Shown: piece after piece, positions 22,601 to 37,600 of the stretch
Numbering within the stretch: the first letter of the stretch is position 1
Layout: every line of letters begins with the position of its first letter
Assembly (NCBI GenBank): GCA_048772705.1
Contig: JBLWGC010000035.1
Span: 124,001-188,000 of the forward strand
From: Leidyana gryllorum EB-2025a
Taxonomy: Eukaryota > Protista > Apicomplexa
Reading direction: 5' to 3'
DNA: 64,000 nt
Made by a program: the position numbers and the translations under genes
The notes under the pieces: model-generated
Database searches by the model: none
The model's input: the letters and a program-made list of their open reading frames with translations, nothing else
What the model was told of the DNA's origin: nothing

Positions 22601-25600
22601 GAACGCTTCTTTCTTTTGGTGAGATTGTCATTGACTGCTGTTGGATCTGAAGATGACGAGTTGAGAGTCGGGCTGTGGTTTCGGCCCAGACAACAGCATT
22701 GCGTCGTTTGATCCGATTGTAATGTTTGTAGACGGCTCTGGTTCCGCTCTTCATATCAATTGTAACGTAAGCTTCAGTGGATCGAGCGTAAACGTCTGCT
22801 CCAGCGAGCACTGCGATTTCCCACGGTTCCAAGATTTTGATTTTTCCTCCGAGATGTCGGCTGACTCTGTATGCGACTCGGTTCTGATGCTCGCTGGCAG
22901 CGCTGGCGAGAGCCTCCTCGTTTGCTGTGGACTGGAGATTAGTGATGGCGCTAAAGGTGGTGTTGCCAAAGTCTTTCTGCCTGACACCCATTCTGTCTGC
23001 CCCCAATTGGAAGATTGAGGGGCAGAAACGGGCCGCGGCAACGAGTGACCGGCCATTGTAGGGATCCTTGCGGATGAGTGCCCGTGATTTGAGATGTCTC
23101 ACCACTCCCCCTGCGGGGTAACGAAGAAGAAGTACAGCGATAGCAATGAAAGTGACTATCGCCAAATTCATCGTCTGTTTGATGGCGTCTTTCGCCAAAA
23201 GAGCCACTCGCTGGGGGAACAGAGCGGGTGACACGGATGACAGCAATCCATAGGTATCGAAATAGATCTCTGTGACCACACTTCTGACCGAAAGCCCGAG
23301 AGCTTTAGCATCCATGTTGATCACAAAGTCGCTGAACCCGTGGGGATGAGGTCCGTTCCGGTTGCTGCGATATGGTACTGAACACTGCATAGTGGCTATA
23401 ACACGGTCAAAGTTTCTTGAGTCTCCTGCTAACACGTCTTTGATAGTCACCACATCACTTGGCGGTTCTGACGACCAGTGATCACCATTGAGTCGGATAT
23501 TGACGATCGAACACGTCGTTTCTGTGGAGGGGGGATTGAATGAACCCGTTCGGACTCTGAGGAATTGTTTGAGTGGCAGTTCCCCGAACTTGAAATCGAC
23601 AACGCGACTTCGAACATACGATTTCAAGATCTCTTCAACGAAATATATCAACTTTTTGAGGTCATCTTCGCTCAATGGGATCTCTCTCTGCAGGAATACC
23701 AATACCTCAGACACGTGGCTCTTCTCGCTCGCTGCTGCCAATGATCTCCTTATGAGACCTCTGCTCTCCCTCTTCGACTTGGGCGGCTGGGAAACCAGAG
23801 TCCCACTCAGCGTGGTGCTGCCGGCTGCCAACTCGGCAACGGCTGCAGCGCCATTGACAATCATATTGGGATCTTCGACCAGAGTTGTATCTGCGGTATA
23901 ATGGAACAAAGTGATTGGATTGAGTCGATTCAACGGGTGCAATGGATCCATTTTCATCTCTTCGACCAAATCTTCGTGAAGATTTGCGTCATCCTCGCCC
24001 GCTTTGACCACCCACGCGTGTAACGGAATCCAATCGCCCACGGCGATATCGTGTTTGATCTGCATTCGAGCGTCCACCAACTTGGCCAAATATTTCAGTC
24101 TCTCATATCCCTCCTGCACACCGCGAGGCAACGGCAAATCTTGTTGCTGAGCTTTCTCCAATAATGGGTAGAGGACATCAGACGACACGCGCGGTCGCTG
24201 ACCCTCCACAAGTTTCAGGAGACGCGCCGAAGCCCCAATGTCACTGTCTCTGGGCGGCGGAGGCTCGTCTCCTCCTTCCCCCAGATGATACACTTCTTGA
24301 CCAAATAACTGATTGACTCGAGTGCCTTCCCTCTGCAAAGCACTCAGAACACTTTCTCGTTGTTTCAGACAAAGATTGTCCAAATAGTCCTCAAATAGTG
24401 CGTGCTGCGCCTGCAATTCTGTGTCTGTCCTCGTATCTCTCGACTGGAGAGTCTCAGCTCCCTTTCCTTCAGCGGCACCAATCAGTGTTTGATACAATCT
24501 CTCATGCTGGTGTTCACTCAGATGAGTCACATTCACTGGATTCATCCACTCCATAATCTCAATATCTGTCAGCATTAACGCGTTCTCCGTGTCCGATAAG
24601 TCAATGATTCTCAACAAAACTGTCTCTTCATCGCCCGCGGGGCGCAGCTCGAAAGTTCGCGACTTTCCGCCTCCTATTCCGTACTTGTGCAATGCCTCTT
24701 TGCTTCCCTTCTTCGATCCGCCTTGGTGGGGAGCGAGCGGAATGGGCCAAATTGAGGTCCAATCGCCCACCCCCACATCGCTCTTCAACAAAGTCTTCCC
24801 ATTGGTGTACCAATCGATTCTTCTATTCGCCATCTGTTCACTCAGAAAGTCTGTTCTCAGCCTCATAGCCACACTCCAGGACATCTGGGGATCGTGACTC
24901 GCCACCACAGTCGCGTAAGGCTCAATCTCAACTTGAATGAGACCGTTCAGAGGGAGACGCATGAATGGCGAGTACTTTGATCTCAACCACCCGTAGGTCG
25001 CTCGACCATCGAATGATCTCAAAGTTTCGCGCTTATAAACATCCCTCGCCAAGTCAGCGAAACTTGAGAACGGTTTCTCAATCGATGTCACCAACACGTC
25101 ACCCCGAACACTCACTTCCGAACATGGGACATCCAGAATTCCCGGTTTCGACACTTGTGGACTGTATAACACCAATTCCATTGGACAAAGGGGCAAACGC
25201 GGGGCTCTTGGACTCTTTCGAGTAGTGATAGTCGCGAGCTTTCCCGATCCCATCAGTCGCAACGGCGGCGGTAATCGCTGCACATTGCTGGGACCAGACG
25301 CACTCCCACCAACTGATGGTCTCGGGTTCAACGCCGCCACTGCATTCCCTTCGCCCGGCTTTCCACTGATCACTTCTTCTACGTCTTCAGGGTGCTGTTG
25401 CAATGTCGCCCGATACACGTCGTGTTTTGGGCTGCGATATGTGATAGACTCCATCTTCGGGTTCCTCTCCAGGCCATACCAACTCCAGTATAGCATACTG
25501 CCGACCGCCAGTCGTTCACTCGCCGATCCCGGAGACTGTTTTGCGGCCCCACCTGCGCGAGCGTTGAGTGGTAAAACACAACACACCTCCCCTGGGGCTC

Positions 25601-28600
25601 TCAGAATTTCGGATTTCAGCGAGTCAATGTCCCACAGAGTCTCATTGGCCATATTCCGATTGACACACAAGACGGAAGACGAACGCCGTTCCTCTTCCGA
25701 GAGTGAAATCGGGGCCAGATTCTCTATGACAGACTGACTGCAATAGGTGGTCAACTTGGCAGTGTTATGGGCTGCGGCAGCGACCGCAGTCCTTCCGTTG
25801 GCGACAGCCGAGTTCGAGAATGAGGGGCGGATTCCAGATATGCTCAAATATGGATAGACCGGGCGCAGATTGAGGTTGGCTTCAATGTATGCATCAATTG
25901 AACGCACATCAGTGGCTCTGATCCTTATGAAAGGGTGATCGGCGAATTCCGATGACTGATAGACAGCCAATGCCTCAATGAACTCGAGAGGAACTTTGAT
26001 GTGAAGATGTCGCCCCTCCACCGACGAATGGACTGATAGATATTGACACAATCTGCTGTGATCAATTGATTGGATCTGATCACATTTCCACTCCCAATCG
26101 ATCTTTTGAGCTTCAGACGGGATTTCAGCCTCAGTCACACCAAGTCGGAGACCGAGGAACGAAGGACTGAGATGGGTCAGATCCGCAACCAGTCCTTCAG
26201 GGTTGAAAGCCCGTCCTCCGTTGTCGATCACACGGAAACCTGTCAAGCCATCAGAACCTTCGTACAAAACGTGCGAAGGCGGAGGTACGCCTACCGGGAG
26301 ATCCCAGTAAGCCTCATCAATTGCGTCCCCACCTCGAGCACTGCTGGTCACTGTCGCACCGTACAGCCGGGCTGGACGTTGCGGCAGTGCCAGTGTTCGT
26401 CGGTCGGGATCCGATCCAGCCCGATAGGTGACCCACACCCGGTTGAATTCACTGTTCCATCGCACATTGACTGCCTCTATCACTTCAGCTGCAGGGCCAA
26501 ACGACCGCTGAAAATCCATCAAATGGTCAATTTCCTCAAACGTCACCCAATCGGCGTCAGAAACTCGTTCAGTTGTAGTCGTTGTTGTAGAACTCGTTGA
26601 TGTTGTAGTGCTCCTTGTCATCATACGCGGTGGTGATGTACTCAGTGCGGTCGTCCTGCGGGGTTCCGCCATTGTCGTTGTTGTCTTCTTCTTCTTCTCG
26701 ATATCGCTCTCCAACTCAGCCGTCTGCTCACTTCCCGGCATCACAGCTCCCTGACTCAATATTCCATCATTCATTTCTTCCTCGAAAGCCTCAGCATCGC
26801 CAGTCTGACCATTCGTTGGCACGGCCGGATGTGCGGCCGTCTCCAGCGATTGTGGCTGTAGTGGTCCAGTGGGCGTTGTAGTGGTCGTTGTAGTCGTCGT
26901 TGTCGTTGTAGTCGTCGATGTCGTTGCGTCGTTGCCTTTCGGCGCGGATGTCCTCCCCGGTTTTTTCTTCCAACTCTTGTACCACGCTTTGGCGCCGCTG
27001 AAAGGGTCAAATAGCCGCCGAAGAGGGGCTTCTGGTTCCTCGGCGGTGTTCACTGCTTCGGTCGTACTGTGGACGACAGCAGCTTGCGGAGTCGATTCAC
27101 GGGGCGCCGACGGCGGGGCTTTGGCCTCAGAACGTCGGTTGGCCCTGGTTTGCCGTCTTGGTGCCGTCTGGGCTTCCCCTACTGCCGTAGCGACCTCCAC
27201 CAAAATGTCGTCCCACAGTGGATCAGTCCAATGATCGTCTCCTCCACTGCCGTCTTGGTGAGGGTACAACAGATTGAGAGCCGTCGCAAACCTTTCTCTG
27301 GCAATGCCTCCTGTGTTGTCAGGGTCGATGAATTGTTCCCAGGTGACGATCGGTACTTCAGTAGTGGGAGTCACTGGTTCAGACATCTCGGCAGCTGACA
27401 ATTGACGGAGAAGGTATCCTGATTTGCTGCACGAGAAACCCACTCTTCCCACCGCTGAGTGGAAATTGAGCACAGCTTCATCTGAGAGATATCCTCTAAA
27501 CAATAAGTGGTTGCGTCGCATCACTAAGCACAATTGACTCAGAACGTCGGGATGTTGGGCTCCCAGCAGTGATTCGGCGCCGGTCAGCGAGTAACACCTT
27601 TGACTCTCAATCGTTGCTCTGATATCGTTCAGTGATGGACTGAAGAATCGCAACGTGGGACAGACAGGAACTCCCAACATCATCAGATCTGTGGCCTCCA
27701 TTGGGAATTTGGCTGATCGCGCAATGGCTGTGTGCAACACTGCGTCTGTCACATTCAGTGATTCGTCGCTCTCGCCAGGAAGACTCCGCAGTGGTGTGGC
27801 CGGCGAATGGACGAAAGGCAGATAGAACCCCACACTATTCAGCAGTGTGGGATCGGGTAAAGCGATCCAGTGCATCATATTGCGTCCTAATCGAATCTCA
27901 CACTTCTCTGTTATCAGCTGTTGGATTACGGGCATCAGAATCTCAGTCCAGGGAAGCCGCTCTTGACGTAGATAGGCCACTGGCCCATATCTGTCCACCA
28001 GCCGATCCCGCACCCGACTATGGAGCTCACGACATAACTGTGGCGTGGACAATTTCGGCTGACTGTGTTCAATCGTCCACAACAGTGGAGCCCAAACCTC
28101 AATGTCCCTCAGCAAAGATAACGTACGGCCTCTGTCACTCTCGGGCAACCAGTTCAAACCCCGTGATGACTTGTACGATAACGGACCATCAGGCAAGACA
28201 ATCCCGCAAGCCATGAAGACAGGCGGAGAGTGCTGTTCTTCGGAGTCGGCTGACTCCTCATCAGACTCCATCAGCTTCTCGACAGCATAGGTCAATACAC
28301 TGTTCTTGCGTTTGTCATCGCCCAAGTGCCACAGGGTCGCCCGAGTCTGAGGCAAATTCTTGATGTTCACGATGTGTTTGGGAAGAAAGACGCTGCTGGT
28401 GTTGTAACCCAACAGTACTTTGGTGGGATGTGGTTCGGATCCGAGATGGTAAATGGCCAAAGTATTGTTCTCCTGACGGACACCAACTGATGAGCACACG
28501 TGTTCGTCTTCAGCTTCAGTGTCATCAAGATCAGCCTCCGTAATGAGGTCGAACTCCATTATCTGCTCTCTGGGAACCCGCAGGTCACTCAACATCACTT

Positions 28601-31600
28601 TGGCTCCGTTCGGCAATGCACCGACCAATTGAAGCCGCAATGAAGTCCACGACCTGGGGACGGACCCCAGAGGGTCCTCCGTAAAAGGCCAAGGCCCAAC
28701 GAAGGCTTCATCCTTCTTGACTGTCGAGGCAATCTGCTGTTTTTCAATCATATCATCCGGAGTTATAATAAGATCAGCTGTCTGTGGAAAGTATGGAAGT
28801 GGACTCTGACCCCTGTTGAAGTGTAATTGGACGTTTGAGTTCTGAACGGAAAGGCGAAGGCCCTCCACCTTATCGAGACGACTCAGCTCGCTCATACTCC
28901 GAACTGGAACGTGAGGTAGCGTCCACAGATCTATGAGCTCAGACACAGAAGTGGCACTCGATACATCTAGTCCGTACTTGGAGGCAAAGGTTTGGTCGAG
29001 GACAACCTGCACAACAGAGTGGTGCGGTATGAAGAGGAGATCAAGTGCACGGGCGGTGTAACGGCGTCGAGATGTCATCGAGGAGTTTGCAGGAGTGGCT
29101 GTCAACGGTAAGGTGACGGTGGCACCGTTGATGGAGCTGATGGTGACATTGAGAGCGATGAGATTGGGTTCTGGGAGGTCTCGGTTGCCTATGGTATCGA
29201 CGAGGTCGAGGGTGACATTGGGTTTGATCCAACCCCATCTGGAGTCGAGATCGTGGACAGTGGCGAAGAGTTTGAAGGGAGCGCGGGTGAAGCCGGTGAC
29301 TGTTGGATGATTGGTGACAGTTTCATGGAGGACACCCCCGATGTCGACAGAGAGACGACTCCATCCGTCATCGGGCAGTCGTCTGATCAGTCCCACAGAT
29401 CCTTCGGTTCCAATGTATTCCGGACAGCCGACACTCTGAGCGGTGTGTACCCGATTGGGGAACTTTGAGATGTGTCCGACGGTGGTCGGACAGATCTGAT
29501 GAGGATCGTAGAGGAGTTCTGGATCTTCCACACTGTCACTGTATCCAACGGTGAGACTGATTGGCTTTGCGCGAGTCCGAAGACCGTCAGCGTCACCCTC
29601 AACAGTCATCCGCAGATTCCCTGTGGATGAGCTGAGGGTGTTGGCCAGAGGCACGAGGCCAGTTTCCAGCACCACATCATCTTCAGTTTGGGCTTGACTG
29701 CCCACAGATATGACCGGCATCCCATTGACCATCAGTAGCCACCCTTCAGTGTCTCTGGCGACATCCAGCAGCTCGCCGCATGGGGGTGTGAACGTCTCGA
29801 CGTCTGAGTGGGGAGAGGCTTTGAGTCCGATTGTGAACCAAAAACCCTTCTGACTGCACGGAATGAGGAGCGCGTTTCCAATGAGTGACCAACGAGGGGC
29901 TGAGTCCGACGGCCAAGTCATCAATAAGTGGGATTCCAACGGGGCAATGTCCTCAACGTCTGGTGCACTCTTGTTGTAATAGCTGAATCCATGGAACGCC
30001 CCAAAATCTCCGGTGCGATATGCAATATTGGTCATACCCTCGCCTGATTCCATCTTGAGGCCGTTGAGATCCGACACTGTGTTGTAAGCGATTGTGGGCT
30101 TCATGTTTCCAGACCGGTCGAACTCCGACACGGCTGTCGATGTCAAGGGCAACACAATTCGTGATACCAACCAGTCGTGCCACAGAAGCGTACAGGTGAG
30201 GGCCTCTGTGTTGGGGACCGATCGAGGCTTTCTGACACTTCCAGTTGGGATTTGGAGTGTGGCATTGAAGAATGGAGTGTCAGGAGGTGGGATGGTTTGA
30301 CGAGCGACAGGAATCAAAGTGGCCAAATTGCCACCCGCGGGTGTTTTGAAACATTCAATATCCATTGGATCTGTCGGTAAAGGGCCGTCAGAAACCATTC
30401 GGAGGAGAACGGGTCCTCCAACGGCACCAGATTTGGGTTCCAGATTTCGGAAATACGACAGCTCCTCATCGAATCGCACCTCAACAATCTGATCACCGAT
30501 CAGACTACCTCCAGTTTTGAGCGCAGCAGGGCGACGTCGTATATTGGAGGACATTGTCGACGAATTAGCCGCCGCACCGGGTGGTGAAGATGAGACGGCG
30601 GCTCCTTCACGGTCACAATGCACCGCAAAGTCTGTAGCGGTAGTCCCCTGGTCGCTGCGAGCGAACACTCCACTAATGGACATTGAGAATCGTTGACCTC
30701 TCAACTCATCTGGGGTCAAATTGACGAGTGGATAAGTGAAGGTCGACGTCACAAATTCGTCAGTGGCATTGACAGAGTGTGCCCGCAATAGCTCCTGCTG
30801 CTTGCCGCCATTAAGGATCATCCACACCTGTTTAGGAGGTGTATCGCCGTATGCGACGGGGCTGCGGAGATGAATGGTCGCCAATGTTGAGATGGAACGC
30901 GGCCGAGGATCGGTGTCGGGACTCAGATCGAAGGTACAGCTGACTTGGTGTGTGAGTGGTCTCTTGGGACGGGGAGTAATGAGTGGGCGGGTTTCGATGA
31001 TATCGGTATTCTTGAGCAAACGCTGTTCGTCCTCGAGTGTTCTGAGCAATGAGACCTTTCCCGATCCGTCGGCTATGAATAGACTGCGGGTATACGCAGG
31101 TAAGCTCGTGACGAGACCGCGAACGCGCCAAGTGTTATTGAACCGGCGTAAATCCCGCCATTGCATTGTGTGCTGATATGCAGTGGTGTTCTTCCTCCTG
31201 GCGGCTAAGGCTTCAGTGCAACTGAGATACAGTCGGCAGAATTCGGCTTCCATTGTGGTTGAGGTTCTCTCGAGTGTGTCTTCTTCTTGTTCGCGACAAT
31301 CGTAGAGGCCACGATCGAACTCGAGGTTATGATGGCTATCCGGACAGACAGAGAAGCGCAGTAGGCGATTGAAGTCCGGTTCGTCTCCATCTCCATAGTC
31401 CTCGAGCCGATTTGTTGAGGATATCTCAAACTCGGTCTCCCAAAGGGGTCTGGATTTGACAGCTGGCCACAGCACACTCCGGCTGGGCGCTAAGGCGATC
31501 TGATCAAAGGTGAAGAGCTGTTGACTCTTTTCGCGAGCCGCTTGGCGAAGTTGTCGACTTCTCAAGGAGCCCGGGCGCATGGCGTCGAACAGTGGGGATT

Positions 31601-34600
31601 GACTCTGTATTTTCAAGCGAAAGCAGTTGTTGTTAATGCCTTGTTGCCATTCTTTCCTGGATCGCACCACCGTCACCAATGATGCTTTGTGGTATGCCTC
31701 AGCGTTACAGAGTTCAATCACCCATTCACCGTGAGATCTTAAGAGGGTGTAATGATCAGCGGCCACCTGAATCGGTAGCTCGAAAGTGTACCGGCTAGGA
31801 TCTTCGGGACCCATCCCAACCAAAATCTTTCCCAACACGGAGCTGTATGAGGTTCTTCGACGTCGAATCCGCACAACGTATTCGCCAGCAGGGCAAGTCC
31901 AAGTCTGCGTAGGGGCAGTGATGTTCAGCTTGATGCTTCTTTCACCCTCCACAATAAGTTCTCCCACTAGCGGGTCTGGACTCTTAGGTGTATAGTGGCC
32001 TCGCGACCCCCGGAGAGCGACGTCCCCCCGCTCACCGGCGGGGTAGTCGTCGGTCTCGCGAAGCCACACATCTGGATGGTTGTTAAAGACTCTCACGAGA
32101 GGAGGCTGGAGAGACAGCGATGTTCGTTCGTACTCTGACATGCGGAGAAACTCGTCTCGGACGAGTAGCACGCCACCATATCCACTCTGAGCGAATTCAT
32201 TGTCGAACGCCGTGAAGATAGTCGGAGAGGTATCTGCGAGTTCCTCATTCTTGGCTCCCGAAAGCCCCACGGTCTCCATCAGAGACGCAGAGTGTGCAAG
32301 GACGCCAGGTGGGGTCTGAACCGGTGGCAGGGGGTTCATTTTCTGCCGATCGCTCCCATATATATCGTAGAATCCCAGTATGTCCCTGCTCATCATTGGA
32401 CTGCGCTGAGTAGGAGCTGCGAGGCTTGGTTCAGTCTCCCCCGTCGATACGTAGAGGAGAGACGCCGAATGGTGACCACTGTGGTAGCGAGCGGCGGGTA
32501 TCTGACATCGATGGCCCAAAGCTTTGAAGAAAATCTCAGCAGAGTCAGCAGATGTCGGGAAATTGAGTTTCATTCGACTCAGAGCTTTGTGTGTGCTTTT
32601 CGTTGGGAAGCAAAGGAACTGCGTAACGCCAACGGCGCGTTCGAACTCGAGCGGGAGTCGATCATCCACAACACCGTTGCGGTGATCAGACTCATAATCG
32701 GCAGATTTCGTAATCTGTTTGATCGTCTCCGGGGTGTAAACAAAGGCGTTGTCTCGGAACTCCACAGAGACGATGTGTCTCAGGACATTGTCGTGAGACC
32801 TCGGGACCGCGTAGATTCTGTACTGGTTGTGCGCGTCAACATCAACGGCAAAACGCATGCTTCCAGTCCAGTCACCAGGTGTGCGATGGTAGTACGCTCT
32901 GTCAACCCATCCCAGATAGATGGCTGAAGTCATTGTAGAGGTTGACGGGTCGGTATCGTCTCCAACCATAAACATGTCATAAGCTTCGATGTCTTCCTTC
33001 TCGAGTCTTCCGTCCTCAGTGGATTCCACAACGTTCAAGGCGCCCCAAATGTGTCCCGGACGCATATCTACGTCTCGGAAATTGATCATTGAGGGTCTGA
33101 ATACCTTCCTGTATTTGCCTTTGGTACAAATGAAACTCTTCGTGATTTCCCCTTCCAACTCCCAGTGGGGCCCGGTTCGGATCCCCGGCCTCAGAGGGCG
33201 CTCCTCGAACCGCTTCAGCGCCTTCTCCTCCATATATCCCCATATATGACAGATGATCGTCGAGTCCGTGAACGGATAGGGCCGTTTGACGAAGTCCAAT
33301 GTGAAGAAACTGCAATGAATCCGCAGTGTATCGCACCGAGCCCGACACGAAGTATCGGAGAACTTGCCTCTCTCGAGAGGGTAAGTTCGGCGGTCGATCT
33401 CTTGGGGCTCTATGCGGCCATTGCTGAACCCTCTATCGCGACTGTAAGCGTAGGACCGCTGCCACTGATTCTGTTGCATAGAGCTGGGATCAAACCGGGC
33501 CTCGAAACAGGCGTCCTCGTGCGCTATATAATCATAGACCGTGCCGACCAAATTACTTGGCCTCGCCTCGGGTGCGTCTTCCTCCGATAGTAGAAAAGTC
33601 TTGAACTCTTGACTGCTTGGAACGTATTTTCGGACTCCCCTGACGGGATGAGGGATAGTAAAGTTGAGTGTCCGACTACAAGTTCCGTGTATCCAGTCTC
33701 TGGGTGTGAGAACGAGGGTCCAGGACTGGTCGCAGACTTGAATTTGGTCGGCTCGAGGACTTCGATCGGCCATTGTCCTGTCACGAAAGATCGCAGACGT
33801 AGCCTCGAGGGCTATATCTGCGCCCATTTCCCAGGCTCTGACACCTGCTCTGAAGGAAAAGTAATTATCGATAATCTCAAAATGCAATTGGATGGTAAGG
33901 TGGTTGAACTCATCTCTCGTCCCCAGCACAAGCTCCACGGGTGTACGACTTTGATCAGGTGTGAGAAAATTGAAGTTGAAGGGCGATTTGAAGGATCTGG
34001 ACGGGAATGGTAAGTCCGGACACGATAAAATTAGGCCTCCCATCGATAGGAACGCAGGGTCGGGTGCAAAGTCACAGTTGATTCGGTCGACGTAAGTTTC
34101 ATGCTGCACCACCCCTAAGATTTCAACGCTTGCGAAAAGGCGGATCACATTCGTCAAGGACCCCTTTGGGGCGAGCCAAATAGCGTAACCCTTGGGCAGT
34201 TTGGGATGTGTCTTCCAATCTACAAAGTTGTAACGAATATAGAAGCCGTACCGATCCCAATCCATATTGGTGTCCGCGTAAATGTCCGGATGGAAGATCG
34301 TCAAACGTCGACTGCTCTTCGGCAAAGAGTCTTTGACCAAATCAAAGATCGGTGCGTAAGTCACCACTCTATGCTTGTGGTCCAGGTGGTACACAATGCC
34401 GAAGGAGTCCGCCAGACTCTCATCCCACATCTTTGTTGACATTGCTGGCACCTTTATCAGCAAACGATCTGTGCCGTCCTTGTCGGCAATAACGCCTTCG
34501 GCGGTCAATTGGTGACGCTGTCGAAGTCGATCAGTCAGAAAAACTTGATAGCTTCCAGTGAAAGATGGTCGCCGATCTTTATCGAGCGCCTCATCCGATC

Positions 34601-37600
34601 GGGCTGCCGGAGCCTCGACCACTATCGTACCCGAAATGATATACGGCTCCGGCGATTGGTCCATAAACAGCGCTGCAGAAGTAGTCACATCGATCTCACC
34701 CGACTCAAACAATGCTAAATGACGCGTCAACGGATTCCGAATCTTTGACCTCGCGAACATGCCACGGTGACTCTGTGTTGGATGAAGGAGCAGAGTGAAC
34801 CCGCCACTGATTTCTTGCGGGTATGAAAATGTCGCCGAAACTCTCGAGTTCTCCACAGGGCTCAAATAACTGTTCATCAGCGCACCGTTCACCAATACCC
34901 TCGCCAAAGATGTCCCATTCGTCCTTGCCTGCTCACTCTTGTCGGTGAAACTCACTGTGAAAGAATGATCTGCAGATTTAAAGCTGTATATCGCCATATC
35001 AAAATCTTCCACTGATGTCGCTATCCCTTGATCCCTCGACAACGTTTGTGGCGTTGCCCACTGATCGTGTTCTGCTGACGTCGCAACCGCTCCTCGCAGT
35101 TTCTTCTCTTCGCTCTCGTAGTCCACCATCCACTTTCGGCCCCCGACTTCTTTGTACCCTTTTATCTCCTCGTCACAACGTTTCCGGACGATAGCCTCCG
35201 GACTCCAAACGTTTTCGGGTACTCTCCCGAAGGCCACTCTGTGGACGATGTGGCAGGACCCACTCGAGCTGTCGAGATTCAGCAGAAAATCGGTAGCCTC
35301 CATTGGCAATTGCGCAGCAATAGTCACACGCTCCTCCGCCAACCCGAAAATCCGGTCTTCTTTGCCCAACGAACGTACCGAACGCACTCCATTGCCCGAG
35401 ACAGGAATTGTTCTTGTTGAGTTGTTCCCATCTCCCTCCACAATTTCGATGGAGCTCTCCACCCGTAGCACATTGAGTAATCCCGACTTGGCCTGAGCAA
35501 TATCGACAGCAGCACTCACCTTAAAATCTACTCCGGCTGCATTCGCGCCCCCACCCACCGTGGGTAGCTGAGAATAATGGACTATGTGTGGCTCAGACAG
35601 AAGCAGAAGATTGTCCAGTGAAGGAGGCTGCGGACCCACAGTCAATCCAAGCAATTCGGTGGCTGCGTTGGAGACATCACCTTTAGCGCCCTGGGCACAC
35701 GTCATTGAGCCCGAAATCACACCCTCCTGATCCGCGGCATTGTACACATTGGAGAACAGCACACATCGAGCTTTTTGATCCTGTGTCGTAGGACGCTTGC
35801 TGACTTTGTTGTGCGTACGTTTCTCTGATGTCGCAGACGGCTGCGGAGGGGTCAGATAGGGCATAAATGCCCAGCCGGCGCAAATGTCAATCTCCAAGCA
35901 TTGTTCCAAACACTCATGATAGTCCGTGGGCGAGCCCTCCATGGTGGGAATTTGTTCACCGAACAACGTTCGGCCGTGTTTGACACATTCGGTGGGCGAG
36001 TTGTGTATCAAATCCTCAATGAAAGCCGATTCTATCGCGGATGATGAGTACCGACGACTGCCGTGATACGGCGTGATGACTATTTTGTCCTGATCAGGAG
36101 TTTCGAGGGCGAGTGAAACAATACGAGTGAGATCTGGGGCCTCCTCGAGCAGCTCCTGTTTCCGGACCTCGAAGAGGGGTCGAACAAAGTTGGGACTGTG
36201 ATGCTCCACGACAATTCTGTCAGCCAAGTAAGAGTTATCGGTCCATATTCGTGTGGCAGGATGGATTGTGAGTGGACCTTGAACTCTACGAGGCCGTGGA
36301 TCAGTGTCGCGGAGGTTGAAGGTGAGGGAGAAGGGCTGCGTCTCGTACGCATCTGTAACCTGAACATACAACGGGGTGGTGGACTCGCCCAGATCTGTCT
36401 CCGTGGTGACCCTCAAAGTTTCGGTGGTATTCTGTCCAAGAGAATAATAACAAATGGGGATAGAGACACGATTGTTGGCATCAAGAGAGGGCAGAGCGTA
36501 GTGTTCCAGGAGGACATTACCGTCAGCGTCGCGCACATTGACCGCAGAAGCGTTAGTGGAGACGAAATTGGGTACCGCTTCCAGTACAATGGGGCCACAC
36601 AGTTTGGTGGCAGTACTGGACTCATCGGTGAATTTTCCGGTGAAGAAGGGGAAGGGGGTATCCGGCTGGCGACCGTCTTGTATTGTGAAAGCCACGTGGT
36701 GATAGTCTTCAGGCGATGGCTTAAGCAGGTCTGGGTGATCGAGCGCAAAGATGAAGGGTTCTTGAAGAAGCTCTGTTTCCGGTGTCAGGAAGGCGAATAT
36801 GTCAACCTGGCGGTTGACTGCATTAAGATATATTGCGGGAAGTTCAAAGTGAGCAGTAGTTGTGTTGGGGGGTATGACATCCTCGAGCCATAGGACAGGA
36901 CCACCGACATACGACGATTTGATCGCGACCAGGACGGTGAGGTGGTCGGTGGGGGATGGATTGGCAACTGAAACAGAAAGATCTCCTTGTACAACTTTGG
37001 TATCAGGTAACATGTCTTCAAAGCGTACATCGACGATGTATCGTTGATGTCCACTCCGCATGATCTCCAATGTGTCGTTTGACACATATGAGAAGGCAGG
37101 CGCCAGATCGGCTGGTAGTAACCACTCGGTAGAGTCCTTGTCAGGGTAGCTGTTAACACGTATTTCTACAGCACTCTCAGAAGCAACTTCCGGTCCCAAC
37201 CGGATGAGAGCGGTGGCAAGTTCCTCATAAGCGGGCACGTGCAGCAGCCCGCCCTTATCCAGTTGGAAGGCTGATGACGACATTAGTGGAACGTACTGAT
37301 TTTTTCCGAGCCATAAGGCCATATTGATGGTGAAGAAACGCCCTCGTATCCTTTGCGCACACGCGCTCTCAAATTGATGATTGTCACTGATCGTTGGGGC
37401 GTGCTTTATCAGCCAGGAGGCCAACCAGTCATGTACAGATGTTTGGTTGTTCATCGGCGGTGGAGACACCAAACGCCAGTTCACACAATCTTTGAGAGGT
37501 ACGATGCCGTCTGAAGCGACCTGCTTGACTGAGACCGATCCCCAGACATCGGACTGGGTGGGATGGGGAAAGAAGTCAATCCCATCAATCGGACGCGGTT

